A stretch of 64,000 nt of DNA from Squalus acanthias (Eukaryota), in the NCBI GenBank assembly GCA_030390025.1, contig CM059431.1, positions 135,720,001 to 135,784,000 of the forward strand. The letters run 5' to 3'. The notes beneath the pieces were generated by a model. It was not told the origin of the DNA. It saw nothing but the letters and a program-made list of their open reading frames with translations, and made no database searches. Made by a program: the position numbers and the translations under genes. Below, piece after piece: positions 25,476 through 37,026 of this stretch (within the stretch, counting starts at the first letter, position 1; each line of letters starts with the position of its first letter).

Positions 25476-27636
25476 AACAACAATAACTTGTATTTATATA
25501 GTGACATAATAAAGACTCACTACGCACTTGGTTGAACATAAAGCAAGGCTTTAATCGACTTGTAACAAAACATGGAGGTCTAGTTAGCAGTCACTAACTT
25601 CCTGTTTCCAGATTGTCTCTGCCCAAGGTGGGCCCACGCCCGAGTATTTATACTCCCTAGACAGCGCCCCAGCTGGCCGCCCAGTAGTACTTCCTGTGTT
25701 ACTTCTTGTAGAAGTTGCGATTTATGACATATAGCACCTTTAATGTAGTAAAACGACCCAAGGTGCTCTCACAGGAGTGTTATAGAGCCACATAAGGAGA
25801 AATTAGGGCAGTTGATCAAAACATTGGTCAAAGAGGTAGGTTTTAAAGTGAGTCTTAAAGGAGGAAAGAGACATAGAGAGGCAAAGAGGTTTAGGGAGGG
25901 AATTTCCAGGATTTAGGGGCTTGGCAGCTGAAGGCACGGCCACCAATGGTGGAGCGATTATAATCAGGGGTGCTCAAGAGGCCAAAATTCGAGGAGTGCA
26001 GATATCTCAGAGGGGTTGTGGGGCTGGAGGAGATTCCAGAGACAGGGAGGGGCGAGGCCACGGAGGGATTTGAAAACAAGGTTGAGAATTTTAAAATAGA
26101 GGTGTTGCTTAACCGGGAGTCAATGTAGGTCAGTGAGCACAGGGGTGATGGATGAACAGGACTTGGTGCGAGTTAGGACACAGGCAGCCGAGTTTTGGAT
26201 GACCTCAAGTTTAGGTAGGGTAGAACGTGGGAGACCAGTCAGGAGTGCATTGGAATCATAAAGTCTAGAGGTAGCAAAGGCATGGATGAGGGTTTCAGCA
26301 GCAGATGAGCTGAGGCAGGGGCGGAGTCGGACGATGTTATGGAGGTGGAAATAGGCGGTCTTATTTATGGCGCGGCTATGTGGTCGGAAGCTCATTTCAG
26401 GTTAAAATAAGACACCAAGGTTGCAAACAGTCTGGTTCAGCCTCAGACAGATGCTAGGGAGAGCGATGGAATCAGTGGCTTGGGTTTGAGGCAGGGACAA
26501 TGGCTTCAGTCTTCCCAATATTTAGTTGGAGGAAATTTCTGCACATCAAGTACTGGATATCAGACAAGCAGTCTGACAATTTAGAGACAGTGGAGGGGAC
26601 AGAGGGAATTGTTGGTGAAGTAGTACTGGCTGTCGTCAGCATACATGTAAAAATTGACGCTGTGTTTTAGGATGACGTCGCCGAGGAGCAGCATGTAGAT
26701 GAGAAATAGGAAGGGGCCAAGGATAGATCCTTAGGGGACACCAGAGGTAACGATGTGGGAGCAGGAAGAGAAGCTATTGCAGATAATTCTCTGGCTACAA
26801 TTAGATAGATAAGAATGGAACGAGGCGAGTGCAGTTCCACTCAGCTGGACAATGGTGGAGAGGAGTTGGAGGAGGATGGAGTGGTCAACCGTGTCAAAGG
26901 CTGCAGACATTCAGAGATGGATGAGGAGGGATAGTTTACCATATTCAAGAGCCATTTTGGTACTATTGCAGAGGCGGAAACCTGATTGGAGGGATTCAAA
27001 CATGGAGTTCTGGGAAAGATGGGCATGGATTTGGGAGGTGACAACACATTCAAGGACTTTGGAGAGGAAAGGGGGGTTGGAGATGGGGCGGTAGTTTGCA
27101 AGGATGGAGGGATCAAGGTTTGTTTTTTGGAGGGGAGGGGTGATGACGGCAGATTTGAAGGAGAGGGGGAGAGTACCCAAGGAGAGAGAACCGTTAACAA
27201 TATCAGCTAACATGGGAGCCAGAAAAGGAAGTTGGGTGTTCAGCAGTTTAGTGGGAATAGGGTCGAGGGAGCAGGAAATGGGTCTCATGGACAAGATGAG
27301 CTCAGAGAGGGCATGGGGGGAGATAGGAGAGAAACTGGAGAAAGATGCAAGTTCAGGGCTAAGGCATGGGGGGAGCCTTAGAGGAAATTTGGTCTAGTGG
27401 GTTAGGGGAAGGAAGGGAAGTGGTAGAGGCAGCTGAACGGATGGTCTCAATCTTAGCGATAAAGAAGTCCATGAGCTCCTTGCACATGTTGTTGAAGGTG
27501 AGAGTGGAGGAGACAGGGGAGAGGGGTTTAAGAAGATGGTTTGCAGTAGAGAAAAGAAGCTGGGGTTTATCTTTGCATTCTAGAATGATCCTGAAATAGT
27601 GAGCAGTTTTAGCAGATGAGAGCAGGACCTGATAGT
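25476..27636 (-). mobile_element. L2-clade LINE, degenerate, 5'-truncated
   Basis: Minus ORFs SCSLDPIPT, NYRPISN.PFLSKVLE, QSGFR, AYFHLHNIVRLRP, LIHAF.TSRL and IQNSAA...ITPVL. 3' end GCTATATAAATACAAG(TTG)n. Confidence 0.9.
25502..25729 (-). mobile_element. Short solo LTR (228 bp) inserted in the L2 tail
   Basis: TG...CA ends (TGACATAA / TTATGACA) and 5-bp TSD TATAG (25497-501, 25730-34). Minus strand has TATAAATA followed by ATTAAA. Confidence 0.85.
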
Positions 27637-27670
27637 TCTGATGAAAGGTCATCGACCTGAAACGTTAACT
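27634..27670 (+). ncRNA. Minimal type I hammerhead ribozyme motif at the start of a Penelope-type repeat fragment (to about 27740)
   Basis: AGTT-CTGATGA-A-[AGGTC ATC GACCT]-GAAA-CG-TT-AACT: 4-bp stem I, canonical core, 5-bp stem II, palindromic AACGTT stem III. Confidence 0.78.
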
Positions 27671-27989
27671 CTCTTTCTCTCTCCACGGATGCTGCCTGGC
27701 CTGCTGAGTTTTTCCAGCGTTTTCTGTTGTTATTCCCGATAGTGCTTTATGTGGTCCAGCCAAATCTGGCGGTGAATGGCTAAACCAGTTGTTCGCCATA
27801 TCCGTTCAAGTCTGCGCCCCTTGGACTTAAGGGAGCGGAGATGAGGGCCGTACCAGGTGGAGCAGCCAGGGTGAGAGAGAGTAATGGTTTTATAGGGACT
27901 AGGGCATCAAAGGTGGTGGTGAGGATGTGGTTGAGCAGATCGGTAGCTGCAGAGCGCAATCATGTTTTCACTTATCATCCACGCTCATT

Positions 27990-28200
27990 ACACTTTAGAT
28001 TGAGGGTGGGTTACTGGATAATGGGTAAGAACCCTGGACTGATAGTTCCCTCCGCTATCCCAGGGGAGGATAGTTGTAGTGTCTCAACTGTTGCTCTGTC
28101 TGAGACCAACTAGCTCAGCACAACCCAGGTATCAAACCGGAGACCTTCTGGTTTGTATGGCTTTAGAACTAAAGTGGGCAGTGCCATTTCACCCGGCTAA
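27990..28200 (-). mobile_element. Possible old tRNA-derived SINE fragment
   Basis: Minus strand has a B-box-like GGTTTGATACC in a SINE-head-like context. Weak evidence. Confidence 0.3.
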
Positions 28201-28854
28201 TGTAGAGGGTAAAGCTGCATTAATCTAATGGCATCTGCTGACTCCAACCTCAAAAAACCCTCCACCCCAATGTGGCATTTCTATTTCTCATAGCATATGT
28301 TCTAATAGTTACTGAATTACCCAATTAGTGACAAATTATGGACCATTTTGTTCTGTGTAACTTGTCCCTGTGAGGACTTTGAATGAGGTTGTCCAAACCT
28401 GTTTCATTTCTGGCAAATGATTGAGACTGTGTTCAGTGCCTTTAGCTTCTCACAACTAGATTGAGGCTGCCCAATTCCATTTCAGTCTGCCAAATGGATT
28501 GAGAGCTGTCAGAGAGGAGAGGTTATCACTCTGGATTTTAACCCCAATTCCCAGGACTTCTGACATGATTTTAATTATATTTAATGTTATTGATGACAGG
28601 GAATGATCCTGTTGCCCTAGCCTAACACAATGAATGTTGGAATACATCAATAATGGAAGATGTAAAAAATGCACTAATTTCTTCCTTTAGTTTCTGCGCA
28701 CAGTTTGGCATATTGTGTAAATGATAAAAGCCCAGCAAAAATATTCAATAAGCAACTAAATTGTTTGTAGTTAGTTACATTAATAAGCTTCATGTGGCAG
28801 TTTTTTGTGTTTATTTACCAGTCAATTGTGTTCTACAGCAAAGTGTAGAAATGC

Positions 28855-29340
28855 AGTGATCATAGAGGATTTGATGGTCAGGGGGATAGACAGATGCTTC
28901 TGCAACCGTTGACGTGAGTCCCACATAGTGTGTTGACTCCCTGGTGCCAGGGTAAAGAACATCACTGAGAGGGTGCAGACCATTTTAAGAGGGGAAGGGG
29001 AACAGCCAGAAGTCGTGGTTCATGTGGGAGCCAATGACATAGGAAGGAAAAGGGTTGAGGTACTACAGTCTGAGATTCAGGAGCTAGGGAGGAAATTAAA
29101 GAGCAGGACCTCAAAGGTAGTAATCTCTGGATTACTCCCAGTGCCACGTGCTAGTGAGTATAGGAATAGTAGAATAAGACAGGTTTCCACGTGGCTGGAG
29201 AAATGGTGCAGGAGGGAAGACTTCAGATTCCTGAGGTATTGGGACCAGTTCTGAAGCAGGAGGGACCTGTTCAAAGTGGACAGATTGCATCTGGGACCAA
29301 TGTCCTCGCGTGACGGTTAACTTGTGCTGTGGGGTGGGTG
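28855..29340 (+). pseudogene. CR1 ORF1 SGNH/GDSL esterase-like domain
   Basis: ORF 28973-29254 EVVVHVGANDIG...KVVISGLLPVP. The downstream DRLHL matches the SGNH DxxH block. Stops are present. Confidence 0.8.
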
Positions 29341-30032
29341 ATTACGGATGGGCACCAGGATGAAACATTAGAAAATAGAAACAAGGTGCACAGAGGGCTG
29401 GGAGAGACAAATAGCACTAGGGTGAAGAATAGTTCAGAAATGGGAGCCAAATGTGAGGCAGTCTAAGATGGGTTTGGAGTGCATGTGTGTAAATGCACGT
29501 AGCATGGCTAATAAGGTTGGTGAGCTGCAGGCACAAGTCGCCACATATGACTATGGTATAGTGACAATAACAGAGAAGGGGAGGATTGGGAATTTAATAT
29601 TTCTGGCTACAAAACATTCGCTATGATGGGGAAGAAAAAAACGAGGGAGGTGGCTGTATTTATCAAAGAAACTATTATAGCTTCAGAGAGGAGCTGTTAC
29701 TGCATGCATACTATAGGCCCCCAAATAGTGGGAAAGAGCAAATTTTCAGGCAAACTTCAGAAAGATGCAAGAACTACAGTGTAGTGATAATGGGGGACTT
29801 CAATTATCCTAATATAGAATGGGATAGTAACAGTGTAAAGGGAACAGAGAAGGAATTCCTGAAATGTGTACAAGAGAACATTCTTGATCAGTGTGTTTTC
29901 AGCCCAATAAAAAATGAAGCAGTACTGGATCCAGTTCTGTAGAATGAAGTGAGGAAAGTAGAGCATGTTTCAGTGGGAGAGCACTTGGGGAACAGTGATC
30001 ATAATATAATAATATCATTAGGTTTAGAATAG

Positions 30033-30758
30033 TGTTAGATTCGAATTTGGAGAAACCTCAGACGGAGACAGAATTGAGGACAAGTTCAGAATTTATTAAA
30101 ACAAACAAAAGACTTGTGCACAAGGGAGAGCCACTCAGCTTCCTCAGGCTAGGGGTGCATTCTCTGAGGGACAAGTAATGGTTCATTCAAGTTATACATT
30201 TCTATAAGCACCGCCCACTTACTACAGAATGGGGCATACATGTATAAACAGTGTCACTACAGTTACTCTCTATTGGTTATATGGTGAGTCACTCAACTGT
30301 CGGGCCCTCCCCTTGAACTCGGATACCTCCTGACCATGCCAGTCACAGATGTTGGTTGTCTCATCCTACTCCCCAAATTCTTGCTGTTATCTCTTCCTCT
30401 TTGTAGGCATAGTTTATAATTTGAGAAAACATATTTTATCCCTAACTGTCGAACAAGCGGGATGGCTCAAGGCCGCAATGGCTTTTGCGCTCAGCGACTG
30501 GAACAGTGTTGGTTGTTAATTGCACCCTTATCTTTTGGGAGGCCAGGCTGTGTTTTGACAATGGCTCTACTGAGGCTGTGAATACACACACATTCCAAAG
30601 TTTGATAAGAGAAGAGGCCCCTTGCTGTCTGCAAATGTGTTTCAGTCAGCTAAACCTGCATAGTCAAGTATCCCAGAATTCATTGGAAACAAGCTGAACC
30701 TTTTCAGTTAACATAGTCAAGTATCCCAGAATTCTTTGGGAACAAGCTGGATCCTTCA
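30033..30758 (-). mobile_element. ERV-like solo LTR (726 bp)
   Basis: TG...CA ends and 4-bp TSD ATAG (30029-32, 30759-62). Minus strand begins TGAAGGATCC and has a tandem repeat of about 42 bp, CCAAT, a GC-box-like motif and AATAAA near its 3' end. Confidence 0.85.
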
Positions 30759-30949
30759 ATAGTTATGGAAAAGGACAAAGAACAATCAAGCGTAAAACTA
30801 TTTAACTGGAGGAGGGCTAACCTGGTGAGTTGAAAAGGGATCTGGGCCAGGTGGATTGGAATCAAAAATTGGTAGGCAAAACAATAATCAAACAATTGAA
30901 ACATCAAAGAGGAAATGGTTTGGATACAGAGTAGACATATTCCCATGAG

Positions 30950-31120
30950 GTTTTGCCTACCAAATTTTGATTCCAATTCACCTGGGCCAGATCCCTTTTC
31001 AACTCACTGAGGTTAGCCCTCCTCCAGTTAAAGAGTTTTATGCCTAATTATTCTTTGTCCTTTTCCATAACTATTCTAAATCTATTATGATCACTGTTCC
31101 CCGAGTGCTCTCCCACTGAA
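30950..31120 (-). repeat. Inverted duplication of adjacent CR1 sequence (29969-30032 + 30763-30882)
   Basis: Reverse complement reads TTCAGTGGGAGAGCAC...TTTAGAATAGTTATGGAAAAGGAC...GGTAGGCAAAAC. Confidence 0.9.
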
Positions 31121-31150
31121 GCTAGAGCTCCCTGGATGACTAAAGATATA

Positions 31151-31899
31151 GGGGGAAAAATTGGGTTGCTTTGCACCGCCCGTTAGCGCCCCTGGGGGCG
31201 CAAACAGGGAACAAAGCCCCTAGCACCTGGGCGCGGCGCCACTAACTACTCCCGCAAAATTCAGTGGGAGGTTAGCGGCGGTGGTAGCCGGTAGTGCCCT
31301 ATGGCGTTGCACCTCCGGCGATGACGTCATCGCCATGCACAGTGTTCCGCTCGCGCCCCGGCTGCAAACTTTGGTTGCGCCCCCTGACCTACCGCCAGAC
31401 GATGTGTCTGACAGGGTCAGGGTGGCATTTTTGAGGCCGCGGCAGCGCATATTAAAGGGCAGGTGTCAGGCAGCCATTTTTTTTTGGCCCGCCTGCCAGC
31501 ACCTGCTCCCTTCCACTTCTTCATGCAGGGTGCCGGCTGTGATCGGTCAGCCTGGCACTCCCCTTGAGTGCCAGGCTGTTTTCCCAGCACCCCGCTCCCC
31601 AGTGGGCCAGCAGGGCCCCGGTGTGCGCTGCGCTAGGCCCCTCCCCTTTAATTAAGGGAGGAAGCCTGTAATACCACGGCGCTACGTGCCGAAGCGCGTG
31701 GCGCTGTTGCACGTAGTGCCACGATATTCAATGGTAGTACCCCAGGAAGCAGGGGGAGTGCTTCCAGTAGCGCCCCACCTGCTGCTTGGGATGCTACCAC
31801 TGAATTTACGTCACAAGGGCGCTAACTTTTTCGAGGCGCTAAAAGTAGCGCCCCGGCGGAGTTAGCGTCCTAAAGGGGGTGCCACCGAATTTTTCCCCC
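31151..31899. mobile_element. Harbinger-type MITE with family A-like termini
   Basis: TIR GGGGGAAAAATTGGGT / ACCGAATTTTTCCCCC, TSD ATA (31148-50, 31900-02). Removal restores the CR1 reading PWMTKDIEVKM. Confidence 0.9.
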
Positions 31900-32530
31900 A
31901 TAGAGGTTAAAATGATACAGAAAAAGGAGGCTTATGACAAAAGTAATGTTCATAATACAATAGAGAACCAAGCTGAATCTAGAAAATGCAGAGGAGATCT
32001 AAAAAAGGGAATAAGAGGGGCGAAGGGAGAGTGTGAGAATAGATTAGTGGCTAACATAAAAAGGAACCCGGAAGTCTTTATAAACACATAAATAGTAAAA
32101 TGGTGGTCAAAGGAAGGCTGGGGGTGATTAGGGATCAAAAAGAAGGTATTCTTGTGGAGGCAGAGGGCATAATAATTTGCATCTGTCTTCATTAGAGAAA
32201 AGGATGCTGCCAATGTAGCGGTAAAGGAGGACATAGTAGTGACATTGGATAGGATAAAACTAGATAAAGAGAAAGGTACTTAAAGGTTTGGCAGTCCTCA
32301 AAGTAGAAAAGTTATACAGTCCAGATGTGATGCATCCTAGGTTACTGAGGGAATTAAGGGTGGAAATTGTGGAGGCTCTGGCCACAATCTTCCAATTCTT
32401 CTTGGATATGAGGGTAGTGCCAGAGGACTGGAGGGTTGCAAATATTACACCTCTGTTCAAAAAAGGAGAGTGGGAATAACTACAGGCCAGTCATCCTAAT
32501 GACAGTGGTGAGCAAACTTTTAGAGACAAT

Positions 32531-33306
32531 GGCCCAGAAATTCACGTGTCCGGCTTGCCGCGGGGGTAAGGATCACGCGCGCTCTTACCTACCGCGCCTG
32601 CCGTTGTGTTTTGGGCTCACGGGAACTTCGGGTCCTGGGCCTCTCCCAACTGCCGGCGCGCCGTGCTTGCGTGTTCCAGGGGCGCAGTTAGTGCGATGTG
32701 ACCCCTGGGATCACGTGGGCCATGGAGAGCCAATGGCAGCAGACCATCTTTCATTCATAGATTTGACAGGAGACCTGTCAAATCTGTGAATTGAAATCGG
32801 ACCCAAAAGAACAGCTAAACTTAAAATAATTTTTTTTTAAAAGCCGTCACATTTATAAAATAACTATAGTTGAATAAATTAACCACTTTAAACAAAAATT
32901 AAAATTTTTGAAAAAATTAAAATACTTTTTAAAAGTTATAAAAATAAACTTACCTTTCTTTAAAGTATCTAAAAAAGATAAAACTGTTGAAAAAAATTTA
33001 AAATTATACTTAATTAACCACTTACCTTGTTCAAAACGGCTTGCGCGCAGTGCTTGCGTGTCCTTTTCATTAGCGTAGTATCTTCCATACTTAACCTCGC
33101 GTAGAAACCTGAAAAAAAATCTAAGTGTGCTGCGTGCGCGCAGCCTCTAGCGCGCATGCGGTTCACCTAGGAACCGCCCCCTTCACCATACCGGAAGTTC
33201 CAGTTTCCCGCGCATGCGCAGTGCATGCAGGAAACCGGCACTTCGGGAAGCAATACGGGTGAGTACACAATCTGTACTCACCCGGGAAGGGCCGAATTTT
33301 TGGGCC
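32531..33306. mobile_element. Harbinger-type MITE family B, copy 2
   Basis: TIR GGCCCAGAAATTC / GAATTTTTGGGCC. Colinear with 19095-19946 but lacks the hammerhead insert. Confidence 0.9.
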
Positions 33307-34333
33307 ATAAATCCAGATCAAAAATAATTGGCATTTAGAAAAGTTTGGGATAATAAATGAAAGTCAGCATGGATTTGTTAAAGGCAAATTGTGTTTGACT
33401 ATCTTGATCAAGTTCTTTGATGAAGTAACAGAGAAGGTTGATGGGGGTAGTGTAGTTGATGTTGTGTATATAGACTTTCAAATGTCATTTGAAAAAGTAC
33501 CACATAATAGACTTGTTAGCAAAATTAAAGGGACAGTGGCAGCATGGATACTAAATTGGTTAAGGGGCAGAAAGCAGAGAGTTGTGGTGAACGGTTGATT
33601 TTCAGACTGAAGGGAAGTATAAAGTGGTGTTCCCCAGGGGTTGGTATTAGGATCACTTTTTTTGATATCTATCAATGACCTTACCTTGGGTATACAGGGC
33701 ATAATTTCAAAGTTTGCAGATGACACAAAACTCAAAAATGTAGTAAACATGAGGAGGATAGTATCGAACTTCAAGAGGACATAGACTGGTGAAACGGGCA
33801 GACACATGGCAGATAAAATTTAACACAGAAAGTGTGAAGTGATACATTTGGTATAATGAGGTGAGGCAATATAAACTAAATGGCACAATTTGAGAAGGCT
33901 GTTAAAATAGTATATGGGATCCTTGGCTTTATTAATAGAGGAATAGAGTACAAAAGCAAGGAATTATGCAAAACCTTTTGTAAAAAAATTGTTAGGTCTC
34001 AACTGGAGTATTGTGTTCAACTCCAGGAACCACACTTTAGGAAGGATGTTAACGCCTTAGTGAGAGTGCAGAAGAGATTTACTGGAATGGTACCAGAGCT
34101 GAGGGACTTCAGTTACGTGGAGAGACTGGAGGAGCTGAGGTTGTTCTCCTTAGAGCAGAGAAGGTTAAGAGGAGATATGATAGAGTTGTTCAAAATCATG
34201 ACTGGTTTTGAATGGCCACAATATTCCAGCTGGGGCCTAACCTGTGTTTTATACAAGTTTAGCATAACTTCCTTGATTTTGTACTCTATGCTTCTATTTA
34301 TAAAGCCAAGGATCCCATATGCCTCCTTAACAG

Positions 34334-34920
34334 AAAGAAAATACTGCAGATGCTGGAAATCTGAAATAAAAACAGAAAATGCTGGAGATACTCAGCAGAT
34401 CAGGCAGCATCTGTGAAGAGAGAAACAGAGTTAACGTTTCAGCTCGATGAAATGGGAAACCTGAAACGTTGGGCTGTATTTTGAATGACCCATGGAGTCG
34501 GGTTTGGAGGCGTGTGGGGGGTTAAATTTGTGGGGTCGGGGTTTCCGACCCCATCCCGACTCCATCCCGCCTCCACGCAATTTTGACATAATCAGTCACG
34601 GGGTTCCCGACTCCGTCCCGCCTTCAAGAGGCGGGAGAGGCCATTAAAGCCCTTAACAAGCTCTAAATTGGCTCTGTAATGCCATTTTGAAACGCTGTAG
34701 CTAGTTTAACCCTTTTCTGACGTGAAGCACGCCTGGTGTGAAACACTCCAGTGAAACCTGGCGGGAGCACAAGTGGATAGCTGACTATCGGCTGCAGGTC
34801 CACTATTACAACGGAAATGTGATGAAGGTAGTAGTAGTAGTATTAGGTCTGAACGTCGCCTCTGATGCTGCTGCATTGAATGTCTTCAGAGACTGCCTGG
34901 GAGGACTTGCTTGGCAAAAA

Positions 34921-34951
<31 letters not shown>

Positions 34952-35293
34952 CCCACATTTTTGCATCCAGGTCCACTCACATCAAAAGCCAGGCAGGTCC
35001 TCTCTCACCAACAGTCTCTGAGACTAGGCAGTCAGCAATGATGACATCATCAGAGGCGGCTTTCAGACTGAAAACACCAATTAGTTCATGGGTTCCCACA
35101 TGCTCCAACTCAATTGCCCAATTAAGTGAAAATTGCATCAGGCATCCACATTAATCTGGAGTCGGGGGGGAAACACGAAATGCGGATTACACGACCCCAA
35201 CCCGACCCCAAGACAAAATCCAGCCCGTTAACTCTGTTTCTCTCTTCACAGATGCTGCCTGACCTGCTGAGTATCTCCAGCATTTTCTGTTTT
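34334..35293. mobile_element. Penelope-type inverted-repeat element with truncated hammerhead halves, split by a MITE
   Basis: Arms at about 34358-34440 and 35227-35293 are reverse complements and match 27659-27735. Flanking 16-bp duplication TATGCCTC(C/T)TTAACAG at 34318-33 and 35294-309. Confidence 0.75.
34471..35226. mobile_element. Harbinger-type MITE family C, copy 1
   Basis: TIR GGGCTGTATTTTG / CAAAATCCAGCCC, TSD GTT (34468-70, 35227-29). An inverted copy lies at 54418-55225. Confidence 0.92.
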
Positions 35294-35804
35294 TATGCCT
35301 CTTTAACAGCCTTTGCAACTTGTCCTGCCACCTTCAAAGACTTGTGTTTGTATACCCCCAGGTCTCTCTGTTCCTGCACCCCCTTTAAAATTATACCACT
35401 TAGTTTAAATTGCTTCTCCTCATTCTTCCTATCAAGACGAATAACTTCACACTTCTCTGTGTTAAATTTCATCTGCCATGTGTCTTCCCATTTCACCAAT
35501 CTGTCTATATCCTCCTGGACTCCGTTACTATCCTCCTCACTGTTTACAACATTGATGGACTCACAAAAAAATATAAAAATAATTCCATATATAAACATCC
35601 GTCTTTCTGGCCCCATTAACGAAAGTGACATGTCACCCCTACCAGACCTCACAAGACTTCATTATATCATCAAGCAATAAAGTTAAATCAAATGGCAACA
35701 TAGACTGTAAATTTCCTCAAGGTTTGGCAGAACTTCTTTCTGCATTTTTGGACACCCCATTATAGAAAGGACATTAAGAGTGTACAGTGTAGAGTGATCC
35801 AGAT

Positions 35805-37026
35805 ATCATAGAATCATAGAATAGTTACAGCAGGGAAGTCCATGTCAGCTCTCTGCAAGAGCACTTCAGCTAGTCCCACTCCCCCACCCTTTCCCCGTAG
35901 CCCTGCAAATTTCTTTCCTTCAGATACTTATCCAACTCCCTTTTGAAAGCTGTGATTGAGTCTGCCTCCACTCCCCTTTCTGGCAGTGCATTCCATACCT
36001 TAACCACCAGCTGCGTAAAAAAGTGTTTTCTTACATCGCCTTTGGCTCTTTTGCCAATCACCTTAAAGTCCTCTGGTTCTCAACCCTTCTGCCAATAGGA
36101 ACAGTTTCCCACTATCTACTCTGTCCAGACCCCGCATGATTTTGAACACCTCTATCAAATCTCCTCTCAGTCTTCTCTGCTCCAAGGAGAACAACCCCAG
36201 CTTCTCCAGTCTATCAACGTAACTGAAGTCCTTCATTCCTGGAATCATTCTCGTAAATCTTTTCTGCACCCTCTCTAAGGGCTTCACATCCTTCCTAAAG
36301 TGTGGTGCCCAGAATTGGACACAGTACTCCAGTTGGGGCCGAACCAGTGTTTTATACAGGTTCATCATAACTTCCTTGCTTTTGTTCTCTATACCTCTAT
36401 TTACAAAGCCCAGGATCTTGTAAGTCTTTTTAACTGCTTTCTCAACCTGCCCTGCCACCTTCAACGATTTGTGCACACACACCCCCAGGTCTCTCTGTTC
36501 GTGCACCCCCTTCAGGATTATACCATTTAGTTTATATGTCCTCTCCTCATTCTTCCTACCAAAATGTATCACTTCACACTTTTCTGCGTTAAATTTCATC
36601 TGCCACGTGTCCACCCATTTCAGCAGGCTATCTATGTCTTCCTGTCTATCACTCTTCTCCTCACTGTTCACTATACTTCCAAGTTTTGTGTCAACTGCAA
36701 ATTTTGAAATTGTGCCCTGTACATCCACGTCCAAGTCATTAATATATATCAAGAAAAGCAGTGGTCCTAGAACCGACCCCTGGGGAACACCGCTGTGTAC
36801 CTTCCCCCAGTCCGAAAAACAACTGTTCACCACTACTCTCTGTTTCCTATCACTTCGCCAATTTCGTATCCATGCTGCCACTGTCCTTTTTATTCCATGG
36901 GCTTCAACTTTGCTGGCAAGCCTTTTATGTGGCTCTTTGTTGAACGCCTTTTGGAAATCCATGTACACTACGTCAACCGCAATACCTTCATCAATCCTCT
37001 CTGTTACCTCATCAAAGAACTCAATC
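35805..37026 (-). mobile_element. CR1 3' portion
   Basis: Minus ORF 36063-37121 RT motifs and an (ATCATAGA)n tail at 35805-35822. Confidence 0.93.

Larger units (their letters stand above)
28850..34210 (+). mobile_element. Near full-length but heavily decayed CR1 (ORF1 esterase, APE endonuclease, RT) hosting an LTR, an inverted duplication and two MITEs
   Basis: ORF1 PGARV...VVVHVGAND...SGLLPV...WC...D.LHL. EN motifs NARS and MGDFNYP. RT pieces at 32260-32530 and 33310-34210. Confidence 0.88.
34212..35552 (-). mobile_element. CR1 RT fragment interrupted by a Penelope-type insert
   Basis: ORF 35293-35652 (WQMKFNTEKCEV, QRDLGV) continues at 34330-34212 (AYGILGFINRSIEYK). Confidence 0.85.
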
